Notes under the pieces: generated by a model
What the model was told of the DNA's origin: nothing
Databases searched by the model: none
The model's input: the letters and a program-made list of their open reading frames with translations, nothing else
Made by a program: the position numbers and the translations under genes
In this document: piece by piece, positions 5,954 to 6,555 of the stretch
Layout of the letters: each line of letters opens with the position of its first letter
Position numbering within the stretch: the first letter of the stretch is position 1
IMG/VR virus record: IMGVR_UViG_3300020019_000062
Location: 1 to 6,555 of that record
Length of the DNA stretch: 6,555 nucleotides
Direction: 5' to 3' (one strand)
Origin: a virus

Positions 5954-6401
5954 ATATTTCACGAGTTTCAGCAGCTACACGAGTTTCCAATTCGTGAGCT
6001 GCCTGGATTAAACTTTCAGACCAAGCAAGAATTTCAGCAGGAGACTGTAAATGACGAGATTTAACAGTGTCTAAAAGAAGCTGATCATCCATCTGATCTA
6101 ATTGAGACTGGACAGCAGACGTTTTCGTCCTACGAGATTCAGAAAGATATCGTAATCCTTCAATACCAATCTTATTGGCAGTATCCTTAGCATGAAGAAG
6201 CATAGAAATATCAGAACGATAACGGCAACATTTATCAGGGCCCTCACCGATAATTTCAATACAAAACTTAGAAACCGGATCAATCTCAACAGCTATTTCC
6301 TTTTCACGAACAGTAGGATTAAAACCAACAGCAGAAATGGAAGTATTTACCTCACGAAAACCACGACCAAAGCAAAGCTTATTTAAACATTTATTTTCCA
6401 T
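5880..6401 (-). CDS. Hypothetical protein, 173 aa; possibly a VP3-like internal scaffolding protein
   Basis: The track ORF starts at a TTG (6408-6410); the first ATG is at 6399-6401, 11 nt after the VP1 stop. It ends with a double stop TAATAA (5877-5882). The N-terminal third is Cys-rich (C5, C10, C49, C61, C62). The C-terminal half is helical and acidic and contains VKSRHLQSPAEILAW. This loosely resembles the ..R.RF.NDPAEFL.F motif I recall from gokushovirus VP3, but the match is weak and made by eye. Confidence 0.6.
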   Translation of the reverse strand: MENKCLNKLCFGRGFREVNTSISAVGFNPTVREKEIAVEIDPVSKFCIEIIGEGPDKCCRYRSDISMLLHAKDTANKIGIEGLRYLSESRRTKTSAVQSQLDQMDDQLLLDTVKSRHLQSPAEILAWSESLIQAAHELETRVAAETREIYDKEIAAAAAAQSSVSSGSSDSAE

Positions 6402-6412
6402 AATAAACAATA

Positions 6413-6555
6413 TTAATAAGGCATACCGTCCTGTGAAAGAGGACGAACAGCTTTACAAGAAACATCACAATTAATTAAAAACTGATCACTCTCCCAAATA
6501 GAATTAGCAGCAACAGCAAAGATAGAATCCAAAGTATTCGGATTTACCTTAAAGA
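6413..6555 (-). CDS. Major capsid protein VP1, C-terminal end (6435-6555 duplicates 1-121; 6413-6434 is the unique last 22 nt including the stop)
   Basis: The frame is continuous with feature 1..1847 once position 1 is equated with 6435. The final codons read ...CKAVRPLSQDGMPY followed by TAA at 6413-6415. Confidence 0.9.
   Translation of the reverse strand, partial: FKVNPNTLDSIFAVAANSIWESDQFLINCDVSCKAVRPLSQDGMPY
6435..6555. repeat. Terminal redundancy, copy 2 (identical to 1-121)
   Basis: Same evidence as copy 1. The unit genome length is 6434 nt. Confidence 0.97.

Noticed and set aside
6410-6419. The decamer atattaataa, identical to the phiX174 origin core ATATTAATAA, in the VP1/ORF173 spacer.
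   Set aside because: It is on the window plus strand, antisense to all genes. Microvirus Rep nicks the sense (viral) strand. The decamer is also AT-only in an AT-rich genome. It is recorded here only so someone can test it.
1-6555. Alternative genetic code or stop-codon reassignment.
   Set aside because: All six genes are open and end cleanly with TAA or TAG under the standard code. Gene sizes are normal for the family and no in-frame stops need explaining.

Overview
This window is one complete circular ssDNA phage genome of the family Microviridae, cut open for display. Positions 1-121 are repeated exactly at 6435-6555, which gives a unit length of about 6,434 nt. This is an assembly overlap across the circle junction, not a biological repeat. 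All credible genes lie on the minus strand as one compact unit. In sense-strand order they are: a 67-aa membrane protein (4111-3908), a 63-aa protein (3891-3700), the rolling-circle replication initiator VP4 (3695-1860), the major capsid protein VP1 (1847-1, continuing at 6434-6413), a 173-aa possibly VP3-like protein (6401-5880), and the VP2 pilot/minor capsid protein (5953-4763). VP1 is the largest gene at 622 aa. It is missing from the supplied ORF track only because the cut point splits it. The remaining ~650 nt (4112-4762) is noncoding. It holds a terminator-like hairpin after VP2, a dense cluster of small GC-rich hairpins, several homopolymer tracts and a Bacteroides-type promoter candidate. 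Genome size, large VP1 and VP4, absent Shine-Dalgarno sequences and A-rich leaders suggest an Alpavirinae-like microvirus of a Bacteroidota host. That is inference only, because no database search was possible. Items worth a second look are the hairpin cluster, a 179-codon ORF nested in a second frame of VP4, the small membrane protein as a lysis candidate, and the ORF173/VP2 dual-coded overlap. All ORFs close normally in the standard code, so there is no sign of stop-codon reassignment. No CRISPR array, tRNA, rRNA, integrase or transposase is visible.
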